Assembly (NCBI GenBank): GCA_963707025.1
Contig: CAVPOM010000016.1
Coordinates: 64,001-128,000 of the forward strand
Reading direction: 5' to 3'
Length of the DNA stretch: 64,000 nucleotides
DNA from: an uncultured Verrucomicrobiae bacterium
GTDB lineage: Bacteria; Verrucomicrobiota; Verrucomicrobiia; Limisphaerales; Palsa-1400
The position numbers and the translations under genes are program-made. Position 1 is the stretch's first letter. Every line of letters begins with the position of its first letter. The notes beneath the pieces are model-generated. The model ran no database searches. It saw only the letters and a program-made list of their open reading frames with translations, and was not told the DNA's origin. Below, in pieces: positions 17,634 through 28,479 of this stretch.

Positions 17634-19524
17634 GTTGGGAAACGTTTCCAATTATGTCTCTAACCCGCCGTACCGGACATACAGCGTGGACTGGAGCAAC
17701 GCACTCGCCGGGTCCTGGTCGCTCGGCGCTGGAGCTGTCCGCACCAATGGCACCCCCGTCTCCGTCTCCGCCACGCCCGTGCTCATTACCGTGCGCAATG
17801 GCTATTCGCTTTCGGTGGACATCACCCATCCGACTAATGGCGCCAGCTATCCGGCGCCGACCAACATTAGCTTGGTTGCCGACGTGCAAGCCAGCAACGC
17901 CAATCCGGCCTTCGTGGAGTTCTTCGACAATTCCTCTCTGCTGGCCATCGTGTCCAATTCCATCTCCGCCGGCCCGATGCCGGGCGGCGTCTATCTCTTT
18001 GAGTGGACCAATCCACCACCCGGCCCGCACACGTTAACGGCCAGCGTGACGGATACAAACCGCGTTGTCGCCTGGTCGTCTCCGGTGATGATTACCATCG
18101 GCACCGATTCGTTCTCCATTTTTATCACCAGTCCGACCGATGGCGCTGCCTTTACACAGCCGGTCAATGTGCCCATTGACGCTTCGGTGCTGGATGCGGG
18201 CAAGGACGTTGCGTTCGTGAATTTCACGGCAACGCGGGTCTGGCCCCCAGGGATTATGGCGCCGACGTATCTCATCGAATTAGGCGCTGTTTCTAATTGG
18301 GTTTCGATTGCCCCGCCGCGCCACGATTACCTTGTCGTCTGGTCCAATGCGCCGGTCGGCAGTTGGCGAGTCGCCGCCGAGGCAGTGCGCAGCAACGGCT
18401 TGCCCGAAGGCGGGGCCAGCGTTCAATTCACCGTGTTGGGCAACACGACCAATACCAACAACCTGCCGCCTGTTTTGCGCATCACCAGCCCGCCTAACCA
18501 GAGCGACTTCCGCGCGCCGATGAACATCGTCCTGCTGGCCTACGCGTTCGATCCCGATGGTTGGGTGTCGAGCGTCGAGTTCTTTGCCGGCAGCAACAGC
18601 CTCGGCCTTGGCCATCCCATTCCCAGCCCGATTTCACCCGGCCCAATCTTCCCGGCAAATCCTTACCCCATGCCCCCCATCTACCTGTCCAACCTGTTCG
18701 AGTTGATTTGGACCAATCCCGCGCCCGGTGCTTATGCCGTTACCGCGGTGGCCACCGACAACGGCGGCCTCACGGCCACGTCCGCTCCTGTCAATATTAC
18801 CGTCGAACCCGCGCCGCCTCCCCCGACCAATCGGCCCGCCGTGGTCGGCATTGTCGCCAGCGATCCCATTGCCATTGAAGGCACCAATTGCTGGCCCTGG
18901 CTGGGCGGCCCGCCGACCTGGAGCAACTGGATGTCGCCGACGGCTGTTTGGCGCTGGTTCACCAACTGCGGTCCCAAGGACGCCAGCTTTACCTTGTTCC
19001 GCCGGGGCGATACCAACCATGACCTTACTGTCAACTATGCGATTGGCGGCACGGCCTCCAATGGAGTGGATTATGTGACGCTTCCGGGCAATGTCACCAT
19101 TCCGGCCGGCCAAACCGCGGCGACGATTGCCGTCATCCCGATAGACGATGGCACACCGGACATCAGCAGCACGGTCGTGCTGGCCTTGCAGGCGGACACC
19201 AATACGCCGGCGGATTACGCGCTGGGGTTTCCGTGCCGCGCGGAAGTCATTATTATTGACTCGTTTGGGCCGCGGCGGCTGCCGCCGGGATCGGTTTTGC
19301 CGGACGGTTCTTTTCATCTGAGCCTGACGGGCCCGGATGGCGCGTGGTTCCACATTGATGGCTCGACGGACCTGCTGAATTGGACGCCGCTTTGCACCAA
19401 CCAGGTTGTCAATGGCGCCATTGATTTCCTGGACCCCGACGCCGGCCTCTTTAGCTCCCGGATGTACCGCGCGGTTCCGATGGCCAGTTCCCCCGGCAAT
19501 TAAGAGTGGTGAGGTGAGGCGGCA

Positions 19525-19712
19525 AAGGGGTCAGACCATAGCTTTGTTCAATGAAATGCGTAACAGCCTATAAATCATTGAGTTATAGATTGTTCTATTC
19601 AGGCCCAATATACCCTCTCACCATAACGCCCGTGCGATGCCAGCGCCCTGAGAAACCGCGCCCCAACGGCCTTCCGCCGCCCTTCTTGCCATTTAGCCTT
19701 TAGCCTTTCCTC
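19525..19712 (+). repeat. ~190-bp dispersed non-coding repeat, copy 2
   Basis: Aligns to 5149-5345; starts AAGGGGTCAGACCAT. Confidence 0.85.
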
Positions 19713-19859
19713 CTCCCCACCGCCCGCCCGCCCATCACAGCTTTCACTATTCACCATTCAAAATTCACAATTCTCTCCCGTTCAAACTCCTTCTTCGTTC
19801 TGCATTTTGCATTCTGCATTTCCCGCAACATTGCAGCCCCTCTACTCTGTGTCCTGCTG

Positions 19860-22082
19860 TTATCGCGCCCCGCCGCCGTCCGCCAGGGCCGCTTTGCGGA
19901 TGACGTTATTGAAAGTGTCGGCCACGTAGAGGTTCCCCAGCCCATCCACCGCCAGCGCATCCGGATGCCCCGCCTCCCCGGCCATGGCCAGAGTGCTCAG
20001 CGCCCCCGTGCTGCTCAGAACCCGGATGGCCAGGTTGTCCGTGTCCGCCACGTAGATGCGGCCGGAAGGATCCACCGCCAGATTCTGCGGGTGGCGCAAT
20101 TGCGACAGGCCGGGTCCGCCATCGGCCAATCCCGGACTGCCCGCCCGGCCCGCCAGGGTGCTGACCAGGCCCGCCGCCGTTATTTTCCGAATAGTGCTGT
20201 TGCCGGTGTCGGCCACATAAATGTTGCCCGCGCTGTCCGCCGCCACTCCATGCGGATTCCAAAAGCGCGCCTGGGCGCCCAGGCCGTCGCTCGCGCCGGG
20301 ATGGCCCGCCAGGCCGGCCAAAGTGCTCACCACCCCGCCGGGCGTGATCTTCCGCAGGGTCGAACTGCTTGTGTCCGCGACATAGACCGTGCCGTTCCGG
20401 TCTGCCGCCACCCCCCACGGATTGCGAAATTGGGCGTTGTCTCCCGCGCCGTCGTTGCTGCCGGGATGGCCCGCCAGGCCGGCGAGGGTGCTCGCCTGGC
20501 CGGCCGGTGAAATCTTCCGAATCGCGCTGTTGGCCACCTCCGCCACATAGGCATTGCCCAATCTGTCAACTGCAATTCCAAAAGGCCCCCAGAACCGGGC
20601 CATGCTTCCCGGCTGGTGGTCCAGATTGTCGAAGCTCCCGTGGCTGCCCGGCAGTCCGGCCAGGGTTGTCACCACGCCCAGCGGGCTGATTTTTCGGATG
20701 GTGTTGTTGCCCGTGTCCGCCACATAGAGGTTGCCCGCGCTGTCCACGGCCACCCCGCCGGGCGCTTGAAAACGGGCCTCCGCTCCCGTGCCGTCCTGGC
20801 TCCCGCCAACTCCGTCCTGGCCGGCAAAAATGGTCACGGCCCAGCGCGGTTCTGGCGGCGGCTTCACCACTTTGGGAGCCGGATTCGTCGCCACCGGCGG
20901 CGTGGTCACTGCAACCGCCGGAGGGTTCGTCGCCGGCGGCGGCACTTTCACCACGGCGGGCGCCGGATTCGTCGCCACTGCCATTGGAACAATCTTCCTG
21001 TCTTTGGCCGGGAGCACGAAATGGAAAAAATACCAGCCCGCCACTGCCACCGCTGCCACGCCTGCCGCGAAGCCCAGCCAAGGCGGAACCCTCCGCACCT
21101 GCCGCAGTCCGCCCCGCACCAAGCCGCGCGGTCCCACCGGCGCTTTGCCCTGCTTGATCCGTTGCAAGTCCGCCAGCACGTCGCTCATGTCCGCGTAACG
21201 GTCGCGCAATTCCCGCGCCATCGCCCCTTCCGCCACTGTCCTCAGTCCGGCGTCCGCTTCCGGGTTCCGTTCCTGGATTGGTTTGGGCGGGCCGGCCAGG
21301 ATTTGCCGCCGGATTTCCCCGAGGGTCGGCCCGGCGTAAGGCGGCTCGCCCGTGAGCAGCTCGTAAAGCAGCGCCCCGAAGGCGTAAATATCGCAGCGCG
21401 TGTCCTCCGCGTCCCCCGCCGCCACCCCCGGCGACATGTAGGGCGCGGTCCCTTCGCATTGCTGCCGCTCCACGTCCACTATCGTGTCGTTGAACAGCGT
21501 GCGGGCCAGGCCGAAATCCGCCAGGCAGGCCCCGGCTTCCCCCGCGCGCAGAATATTGGCCGGCTTGAGGTCCCGGTGGATGATGCCGCGCCGGTGGGCA
21601 AATTGCAGGCCCTCCGCCACGTTCAGCGCAGTGTCGAGTATAAAAACAGCGTCCAGCGGACGCCCCGGCCGGATGGCCCCCGCCAGGCTGCCCCCCTCGT
21701 AATACGGCATCACAAAATACGGGCCGGCCGCCCGGTCCGACACTTCCAGCACCGGCACGATATTGGGATGCTTGAGCTTCTGCAAATGGCCCGCCTCCTT
21801 GACGAACCGATGCACAATCCGCCCGTCCGCCACCCATTCCGGCCGGATCAGCTTGATGGCCACGCTGCGTCCGCTGCCGGCCTCCCGCGCCAGCAGCACC
21901 ACTCCCATGCCGCCGCTGCCCAGCAGGCGCTGGACTTCATATTGCTGCAAGGTGCCGAGCAGGCCGGGGCGCGCCGGCGGCGCCAGCATTTGTTGCGCGA
22001 TCAATTCCGCGATCGGGCCGCCCAGGGTTGAAACAGGCGGCTGGAAGGCCGGCGGCGTGGGAGGCGGGGCGTCGTGGCTCAT
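19860..22082 (-). CDS. Membrane Ser/Thr (Hanks) kinase with extracellular NHL repeats
   Basis: GSGGMGVV, AIK, HRDLKPAN and DFG motifs; TM helix; Pro-rich linker; repeated F..P.GVAVD..GN.YVADT.N.TIRKI; ATG overlaps the upstream TGA. Confidence 0.9.
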   Translation of the reverse strand: MSHDAPPPTPPAFQPPVSTLGGPIAELIAQQMLAPPARPGLLGTLQQYEVQRLLGSGGMGVVLLAREAGSGRSVAIKLIRPEWVADGRIVHRFVKEAGHLQKLKHPNIVPVLEVSDRAAGPYFVMPYYEGGSLAGAIRPGRPLDAVFILDTALNVAEGLQFAHRRGIIHRDLKPANILRAGEAGACLADFGLARTLFNDTIVDVERQQCEGTAPYMSPGVAAGDAEDTRCDIYAFGALLYELLTGEPPYAGPTLGEIRRQILAGPPKPIQERNPEADAGLRTVAEGAMARELRDRYADMSDVLADLQRIKQGKAPVGPRGLVRGGLRQVRRVPPWLGFAAGVAAVAVAGWYFFHFVLPAKDRKIVPMAVATNPAPAVVKVPPPATNPPAVAVTTPPVATNPAPKVVKPPPEPRWAVTIFAGQDGVGGSQDGTGAEARFQAPGGVAVDSAGNLYVADTGNNTIRKISPLGVVTTLAGLPGSHGSFDNLDHQPGSMARFWGPFGIAVDRLGNAYVAEVANSAIRKISPAGQASTLAGLAGHPGSNDGAGDNAQFRNPWGVAADRNGTVYVADTSSSTLRKITPGGVVSTLAGLAGHPGASDGLGAQARFWNPHGVAADSAGNIYVADTGNSTIRKITAAGLVSTLAGRAGSPGLADGGPGLSQLRHPQNLAVDPSGRIYVADTDNLAIRVLSSTGALSTLAMAGEAGHPDALAVDGLGNLYVADTFNNVIRKAALADGGGAR

Positions 22083-22624
22083 GGCGCGGGAACTCCCTGG
22101 GCGCCGGGCGGCGCCATCTTTTCGGCGGCCTGCCGCAGCAATTGTTTGGTTTCCTGGTCCAGCCACCCCTGCTCGCCGGTCCAGAGCAGGCCGCGGCGCA
22201 ACTCCGCCTCCGGCAGCCGGGTGATGCGCGCCCCCAGCCGCACCAGCGCGGCGGCGATGCTGGTGTAATACAGCGCCGCCGCCACCTCGCCCGGCAGGCT
22301 GCTCAGCGCGCGATCCATGTTCGCCTTGGCAAAATCCTTCGTCAATTCCAGCAGCTCCACCGGCGGGGCCGGATGATGAAAAAGATCGGAAAAACTTTTC
22401 AGCAACAAACTTTGCGCCTCACTCAATCGCTTCAGCCGCGCCGCCGTGCCGGGATCGTAGCCCCCCAGGTCCACCAGGACCGGCGCGGACATCTGATGGC
22501 GAAAAATAGCCCCCAACTCCTCCGGCCGCCAGAGGCGGACGCCCTCCCCGCTGGCCTCCAACAGGGCGGCCAGGCTCTTGGGCTGCCGTTGAAAGACAGA
22601 TCCTGCGGAGTCAAACTCGGACAT
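22079..22624 (-). CDS. Hypothetical protein between the ECF sigma factor and the kinase
   Basis: 181-aa ORF with ATGA coupling to the kinase. Confidence 0.7.
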   Translation of the reverse strand: MSEFDSAGSVFQRQPKSLAALLEASGEGVRLWRPEELGAIFRHQMSAPVLVDLGGYDPGTAARLKRLSEAQSLLLKSFSDLFHHPAPPVELLELTKDFAKANMDRALSSLPGEVAAALYYTSIAAALVRLGARITRLPEAELRRGLLWTGEQGWLDQETKQLLRQAAEKMAPPGAQGVPAP

Positions 22625-22679
22625 AATGTTTCCTGTTATCCATACGGTTTCATTCAGCCCATCTTGCGCCTTTTTTCAT

Positions 22680-23416
22680 TCAACCCCGTTTGGCCAGCCG
22701 CGCCAGAAAGGCTTCCAGCTCCTGGATTTCCGCCGCCGTGGCCGCGTCCTGCTCGGCGTACTCCCGGATCACCCGGCCCAGGTGCATTTTGAAAATGCGC
22801 TTGCCGCTCAACAGCAGATTGGAGGCGTCGGTCGGCGAGCGCAGCCCGAAGCGCCCCACCAACTCCTCGTAAGGCGCCGCGCCACCCCCTCCAGGACCGG
22901 CTCCAGCAATCGGATGCGAAACATTTCCCAGATATAACTCCGCCGCGGCTGGTCCGCCGACGGGTCCTTGCAATCCGCCTCCATCCGCTGCAAGGTTTGC
23001 GCCAGCACCGTCCGCGCCCACGTCAAGTCGAACTCGTCCGAGGGCGCCTCCGCCGCGGCCGGTTCCTGGGCCAGCTCCTCCAGCGACACCGGCGGGTGTT
23101 TGGACTCCGCCCGGTTCAACCGGTCCAGCACAAAGTTCCGCAGGCTCGTCTTGAGAAAATCCCGGAACTTACCCCGGCTGCGGTCCGCCCGCTGCAGCCA
23201 GCCTTTCTTCAGGATTTTATCCTCGGCGAAATCCTGCAGCAGCAGATCGGCCTGCTCCTTGAGCGAGGGAAAAGTGGCCACCAGGAAAATGCGCAACGGC
23301 CCCCAGTAAGTGCGGATGAGCCGGTCCAGCCGCGCCTCGTCCGCTTCCCCCGCCCGGCCCAGTTCCGCCCAGTCGGTCCGCGGAAAAATGGAACTGGCTG
23401 ATGATTCGGCAGACAT
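22680..23416 (-). CDS. ECF-type RNA polymerase sigma factor (frameshift near 22880)
   Basis: FPRTDW, L...YW.PL, RGKFR.FL...L.N and FD..WA..VL motifs; region 4 (PYEELV..FG...ASN.L...KR.F) lies in a second frame. Confidence 0.75.
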
Positions 23417-23892
23417 TCTTTTGCCGCCTACCATACACGAAACCGGATTGGCGCGCACTACTCTTTTCCGCAAGAAATCGGGGAGGGGCGCATCTTGACA
23501 CTGCTGCCGGCGGAGTGCGGCCGTCCCCGGCCGCAGCAAGCCAGGGATTGTTTGGGTGCTCAGGAAAATCACCGCCGCGCCGTGTTTCCCACGCGGCTGC
23601 GCCCGAGGACGGGCGCACTCCTGGGGCATTCTTGCGCCTGACGCCAGTAACAGTGTCAAGATACGCCCACCAGGGAAGCGATGCCGGGACGGAGCAGGGA
23701 GCATGGCGCCGGCCCGCCGCAGACCGGCGCGAACCTTCCGCGGTCTTTCCCCGCCGCCGAAAACGGAGGCATGGCCTGATCCCCAATCTTTCCGTTGACA
23801 ACTTCCAACTTAACCACTACTATACGCTCAGTGATGACGGAGCGCGCACATGGCGGGCAAAGCGGTCCGGCGGCAGGCCGCGTGGACGCCAG

Positions 23893-23940
23893 TTCTCCAT
23901 CACTCCATCACTCCATCACTCCAATGCTCCGCCACTCCAC
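23893..23940. repeat. 8-bp tandem repeat (CTCCATCA)n
   Basis: CTCCATCACTCCATCACTCCATCACTCCAATGCTCCGCCACTCC; related run at 7600-7625. Confidence 0.75.
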
Positions 23941-24002
23941 CGGGGTTTTAGTATTTCGCGGACCAAAACTGCCCCCAAATTTCACTCGGGCTCACTAATC
24001 CA

Positions 24003-24680
24003 ATGACCCATGACCGCCAGCAGGACGCGCCGCTCCGCGTCTTCCAGTCCAAAGATCAGACCCGGGCGTTTTACAATAAAATCAGCCGCGTCTATGACTT
24101 GCTTTCCGAACGGAGCGAGGCGCCTGTGCGCAATTGCGCTTTGGGCTTGTTGAAGGCCGGTCCGGGCGAAATTGTTTTGGAAATTGGCTGCGGGACCGGA
24201 CACAGTTTGGTCACCCTGGCCAGGGCGGTCGGGCCGCGCGGGAAGGTTTTCGGCCTGGATTTGTCCGAGCAAATGCTCAAGCAGGCCAAAGCGCACGCCG
24301 CCAAAGCCGGCCTGCTCGACCGGGTCGCCTTCCTCCGCGGCGACGCCGCGCATCTTCCTTGCGCGGACGGCAGCACGGACGCGCTGTTCATGAGCTTCAC
24401 CCTCGAATTGTTTGACACGCCGGAAATTCCCATCGTGCTACGGGAGTGCCGGCGCGTGCTGCGCCGCTCCGGCCGCATCGCCGTGGCCGGCCTGTCCAAA
24501 GGGGGATCGGGTCAGCGCGCCGCCAAAATGTACGAGTGGGGGCACCGGCACTTTCCCAATTTCCTGGATTGCCGCCCGATTTACGTCCGCGCCGCGCTGG
24601 AGGAGGCGGGTTTCCAAATCCAGGCCGCCTTGCGCAAACGCATGTGGATTCCGGTGGAAATTGTTCTGGGCACAAAGTAA
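24003..24680 (+). CDS. Class I SAM-dependent methyltransferase
   Basis: VLEIGCGTG, GLDLSEQML, GDA..LP and RVLR.SGR motifs. Confidence 0.9.
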   Translation: MTHDRQQDAPLRVFQSKDQTRAFYNKISRVYDLLSERSEAPVRNCALGLLKAGPGEIVLEIGCGTGHSLVTLARAVGPRGKVFGLDLSEQMLKQAKAHAAKAGLLDRVAFLRGDAAHLPCADGSTDALFMSFTLELFDTPEIPIVLRECRRVLRRSGRIAVAGLSKGGSGQRAAKMYEWGHRHFPNFLDCRPIYVRAALEEAGFQIQAALRKRMWIPVEIVLGTK

Positions 24681-24700
24681 CATCCGCCCAAAAATGTCCT

Positions 24701-26020
24701 ATGAGCGATTTCCTGTTCGCGCGTTCGCAGATGGCCGGGTCGCTGATTTTCCACATTGTCTTTGCCGCGCTGGGCATCGGCATGCCGCTGCTCATGGTCG
24801 TGGCGGAGGGGGCGTATTTGCGCACCGGCAAAGCGGTCTATCTGGACCTGTGCCATCGCTGGTCGCGCGGCGCCGCCATTCTATTCGCCGTCGGCGCCGT
24901 CTCCGGCACGGTGTTGTCCTTTGAGCTGGGGCTGTTGTGGCCCGCTTTCATGGAAAAGGCCGGGGGGATCATTGGCATGCCCTTTTCCCTGGAAGGCTTT
25001 GCCTTTTTTACCGAGGCAATTTTTTTGGGCGTCTATCTCTATGGATGGAATCGCATCCCGCCGCGCCTGCACTGGATTGCCGGCTGGATCGTCGCGGCCA
25101 GCGGCATCGCCTCCGGCGTTTTTGTGGTGACAGCCAATGCCTGGATGAATGCCCCGGCCGGTTTTATTGCCGTCAACGGCCAGATCACCAATGTGGACCC
25201 GGTGGCGGCCATGCTCAACCCTGCCAGCCTGCACGAAGTGGTCCACATGACGCTGGCGGCATTCCTGGCCACCGGATTTGCGGCGGCGGGTGTCCATGCC
25301 TTTTTTCTGCTGAAAAACCGCGGGAACCCTTTTCATCGCGGCGGGCTGGGCATTGCGCTGGCGGTGGCCTGCGTGAGCGCGCCCCTCCAATGGCTCAGCG
25401 GCGACTTGAGCGCCCGCTCCGTGGCCCGGCTGCAACCGGCCAAGCTGGCCGCCATGGAAGCCCATTACCGCACGGAAGCGGACGCGCCGCTCCTCCTGGG
25501 CGGCTTTCCCGACGATGATGCCCAAACCGTCCCCTATGCGTTGCGCCTGCCAGGCGGGTTGAGTTTCCTCACGGCCCATGACCGCAACGCCAGGGTCGCC
25601 GGCCTGGAAGAATTCCCGCGCCGCGACTGGCCCAACGTGCGCGTCGTGCATTGGGCGTTTGATCTCATGACGGGCTGCGCCCTGGCCATGCTCGGCCTGG
25701 CGGCGGCGGCGGGCTGGCAATGGTGGAGAAAGCGCGCTCTGCCCGAGGGCCGGTGGCTCTGGCGCGGCCTGGTCGCGGCGGGTCCGCTCGGCTTCGTCGC
25801 CATTGAAGCCGGCTGGGTGGTGACGGAAGCGGGACGGCAGCCCTGGATCATTTACGGGGTGATGCGAACGCAGGAGGCCCTGACGCCGATGCCCCATCTG
25901 GGAGTGCCCTTCGTGGCTTTCACCGTGCTTTACCTTTTTCTGAGTGTCGTGGTTTTCATTCTGCTGCGCCGCCAATTCCTGGAAACGGGCGCGGCGGGGC
26001 CAAGCTCGCAACCCGGCTGA
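24701..26020 (+). CDS. cydA: Cytochrome bd quinol oxidase subunit I
   Basis: ARSQ...FHIVF, FA.GAVSG...FE.G, QP.KLAAME and E.GW..TE.GRQPW motifs; short Q-loop. Confidence 0.93.
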   Translation: MSDFLFARSQMAGSLIFHIVFAALGIGMPLLMVVAEGAYLRTGKAVYLDLCHRWSRGAAILFAVGAVSGTVLSFELGLLWPAFMEKAGGIIGMPFSLEGFAFFTEAIFLGVYLYGWNRIPPRLHWIAGWIVAASGIASGVFVVTANAWMNAPAGFIAVNGQITNVDPVAAMLNPASLHEVVHMTLAAFLATGFAAAGVHAFFLLKNRGNPFHRGGLGIALAVACVSAPLQWLSGDLSARSVARLQPAKLAAMEAHYRTEADAPLLLGGFPDDDAQTVPYALRLPGGLSFLTAHDRNARVAGLEEFPRRDWPNVRVVHWAFDLMTGCALAMLGLAAAAGWQWWRKRALPEGRWLWRGLVAAGPLGFVAIEAGWVVTEAGRQPWIIYGVMRTQEALTPMPHLGVPFVAFTVLYLFLSVVVFILLRRQFLETGAAGPSSQPG

Positions 26021-26024
26021 CCTT

Positions 26025-27023
26025 ATGCTCCAATTCATCATCGCCTTGTTTTTAGTCGTGTCGCTCATCCTTTACGCGCTGCTGGGCGGGGCGGATTTTG
26101 GCGGGGGCATTTGGGATTTGCTGGCGGCGGGGCCGCGGGCGGAGCGGCTGCGCAAAGCCATCGCCGAGGCCATCGGCCCCATTTGGGAGGCCAATCATGT
26201 CTGGCTCATCCTAGTCATCGTCCTGCTCTTCACCGCGTTCCCGGCCGCCTTCGCCGCCATGATGACGGCGCTGAATATCCCGGTCACGGTCATGCTCGCC
26301 GGCATCGTCTTGCGCGGCGCCGCCTTTATCTTCCGCAAGTACGACTCCAGCAAGGAACAGGTGCAGCGGCGGTGGAGCACCCTGTTCGGGGCGGCCAGTT
26401 TTTTCACCCCGTTTTTTCAAGGGCTGATTCTGGGGGCGCTGGCCACGGGGCGGATTCGCTTTGCCCAAGGGCAGGTGCAGTCCGGTTTCTTTGCGGGCTG
26501 GCTGACCCCATTCGCCCTGATGTGCGGCGTGTTCGCCCTGGGGCTGTTTGCTTTTCTGGCCGCCACTTATCTGACCGTGGCCGCCAGGGACCAGCCGGAT
26601 TTGCAAAACGATTTCCGGCGCCGCGCCCTTTATTCCGGGCTGGCCCTGTGGCCGGTCGCGCTGGCCGTTTTTTTCACGGCCAAACAAGGCGCGCCGCAGA
26701 TGTATCATGGGCTGACCAGTTGGTGGGCGCCGGTCCTGCTGGTTTGGACCAGCCTGTTCGCCCTGGGCGCGCTGGTGTGTTTGTGGCGGCGTTGGTTCGC
26801 CCTGGCCCGCCTGGCCGCCATCGGCGAAGTCGCCTTGATCCTGGCCGGATGGAGCGTGGCCCAATATCCCAATCTCGTCACGCCGGACATCACCGTCCTC
26901 AACGCCGCCGCGCCCGCCGCCACCCTCCGCCTGCTTTTTTTGGCCCTGGGCGCCGGCGCCATCGTGCTGTGCCCCTCCCTCCTTTTTCTGTTCCACCTCT
27001 TTGGCGCCCGGCAGAGCCGCTGA
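26025..27023 (+). CDS. cydB: Cytochrome bd quinol oxidase subunit II
   Basis: Y.LLGGADFG.G, IGPIWEANHVWLI and LRG.AF.FR motifs. Confidence 0.92.
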   Translation: MLQFIIALFLVVSLILYALLGGADFGGGIWDLLAAGPRAERLRKAIAEAIGPIWEANHVWLILVIVLLFTAFPAAFAAMMTALNIPVTVMLAGIVLRGAAFIFRKYDSSKEQVQRRWSTLFGAASFFTPFFQGLILGALATGRIRFAQGQVQSGFFAGWLTPFALMCGVFALGLFAFLAATYLTVAARDQPDLQNDFRRRALYSGLALWPVALAVFFTAKQGAPQMYHGLTSWWAPVLLVWTSLFALGALVCLWRRWFALARLAAIGEVALILAGWSVAQYPNLVTPDITVLNAAAPAATLRLLFLALGAGAIVLCPSLLFLFHLFGARQSR

Positions 27024-27145
27024 GAGCCGGCGCCGGCCCTCTATGTCAATACTAAATACTACGCCCAAGTCCGCCCTTGTTTTCCGCCCCCGTCCGGGCG
27101 ATGCTGGCGGGCGGGCCTTGGTGCTGCCAGGGCTTTCGGTTGGTT

Positions 27146-27694
27146 ATGCCAGGTGAACCTCCATCTTCCGGTTTTTGGTATTGGCTGCGCGTCGCCGCCG
27201 TCGGACGGCGGCCAAAGCGGACGCTGCTGCGCCTGGCCGTGCTGGTGGTGGGGGCCGTGGTCGTTTTCAAGTTTGCCCTCCTCCCCATTCGCGTCGTCGG
27301 CTTCAGCATGGAACCCGCTTTCCACAACCATGCCATCAATTTCATCAATCGTCTGGCCTATGTCCGCGGCCAGCCCCAGCGCGGCGATGTGGTCGGCATC
27401 CGCCTCTCCACCAACCTCCAGGCCACCGTTCACGTCATGCTCCTGAAACGGCTGGTGGGGTTGCCGGGCGAGACGATCTCCTTTGCCGGCGGTCATCTCT
27501 GCATCAACGGCGATCCCCAGGACGAGCCTTACCTCAAATTGCCCAGCGACTGGAATGAGCCGGGAAAGGCGCTCGGGAGCAACGAGTATTATTTCGTGGG
27601 CGACAACCGCTCCATGCCCTCCGCCCAGCATGAACACGGCGTCGCCTATCGTTCCCAGATTGTGGGCCGGGTGTTATTCAAGGGAAACCAGTAG
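27146..27694 (+). CDS. lepB: Signal peptidase I
   Basis: TM followed by G.SMEP (catalytic Ser), RGDVV, LKRLVGLPGE (catalytic Lys) and GDNR. Confidence 0.88.
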   Translation: MPGEPPSSGFWYWLRVAAVGRRPKRTLLRLAVLVVGAVVVFKFALLPIRVVGFSMEPAFHNHAINFINRLAYVRGQPQRGDVVGIRLSTNLQATVHVMLLKRLVGLPGETISFAGGHLCINGDPQDEPYLKLPSDWNEPGKALGSNEYYFVGDNRSMPSAQHEHGVAYRSQIVGRVLFKGNQ

Positions 27695-27736
27695 GCCGCC
27701 TGCGCCCGGACATTGACGCCAAAATGGATTTGTGAC

Positions 27737-28234
27737 ATGAAGCTGATCGTTCGTCTGATGCTGCTGGCCGGCCTGATTGCCCTCGTCCTCTGGTCCTGGG
27801 ACTTCTTTTTTCCCACTCCCCAAAAGGTCATCGAAAAACATCTGGTCAAGCTGGCCCGGCTGGCCTCGTTTTCCTCCACCGACGGCAACTTCAAACGGCT
27901 GGCCGACACCGAAAGAATCGGTTCCCTCCTGGCCCGGAATATCCATGTGGTTTTGGACGTGCCCGGCGGCCGGGGCCAGACCTTCGACAACCGCGAAGAA
28001 TTGCTCCAGGCCGTCATGGCCGCCCGCTCCTCCGTCAAAAACCTGCAGGCCCAATTCACCGACATCGGCATCATCCTCAACCCGGACCGACGGTCCGCCG
28101 TGGCTCTTCTGACAGTCAAAGCGAAAGTTGGCGGAGAGCCTGACTTGCTGGTGGAACTGCTCAAGTTCACCTTTCAGAACACCAATGATGACTGGCTCAT
28201 CACCGGCCTTGAAACGGTCCGGCCGCTGCGGTGA
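27737..28234 (+). CDS. Membrane-anchored hypothetical protein (possible NTF2-like fold)
   Basis: N-terminal hydrophobic helix; C-terminal beta strands ending in WLI. Confidence 0.6.
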   Translation: MKLIVRLMLLAGLIALVLWSWDFFFPTPQKVIEKHLVKLARLASFSSTDGNFKRLADTERIGSLLARNIHVVLDVPGGRGQTFDNREELLQAVMAARSSVKNLQAQFTDIGIILNPDRRSAVALLTVKAKVGGEPDLLVELLKFTFQNTNDDWLITGLETVRPLR

Positions 28235-28479
28235 ACGGCCGCGAAGCGGAGAAAGGAAAATGGAAGGAAGATGGAAGACAGCGGAAAAAGCGGGGGCGGG
28301 CGCGGATAGGGCAGAATTCTGCAAAGGCAGGGGCGTCGCGCTGCGACGCCCGGGATCCCGATTCCGAATCGGGACACCGTCCCTACCCAAGGAAATGAAG
28401 ATTCCTGTCCGGCACCAGGGCGGACCGGGCCGAGTCATTTTTCATTTTTTCTGGCGGCGGATTCGGGTACAAGTCAAGC

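Larger units (their letters stand above)
15917..19503 (+). pseudogene. Secreted multi-Ig-like (Big) + Calx-beta-like protein split by IS4 (15917-16182 + 17643-19503)
   Basis: Signal peptide; repeated I.SP.NGA.F..P.N(I/V).L.A and VEFF.G modules; TVNY.IGGTA.NGVDY; frame restored after IS removal (...SLLLGN-VSNYVSN...). Confidence 0.85.

Noticed and set aside
5136..19712. The two ~190-bp repeats as attL/attR of one large island
   Set aside because: Copies are clearly diverged, no integrase is present, and core-like genes lie between them
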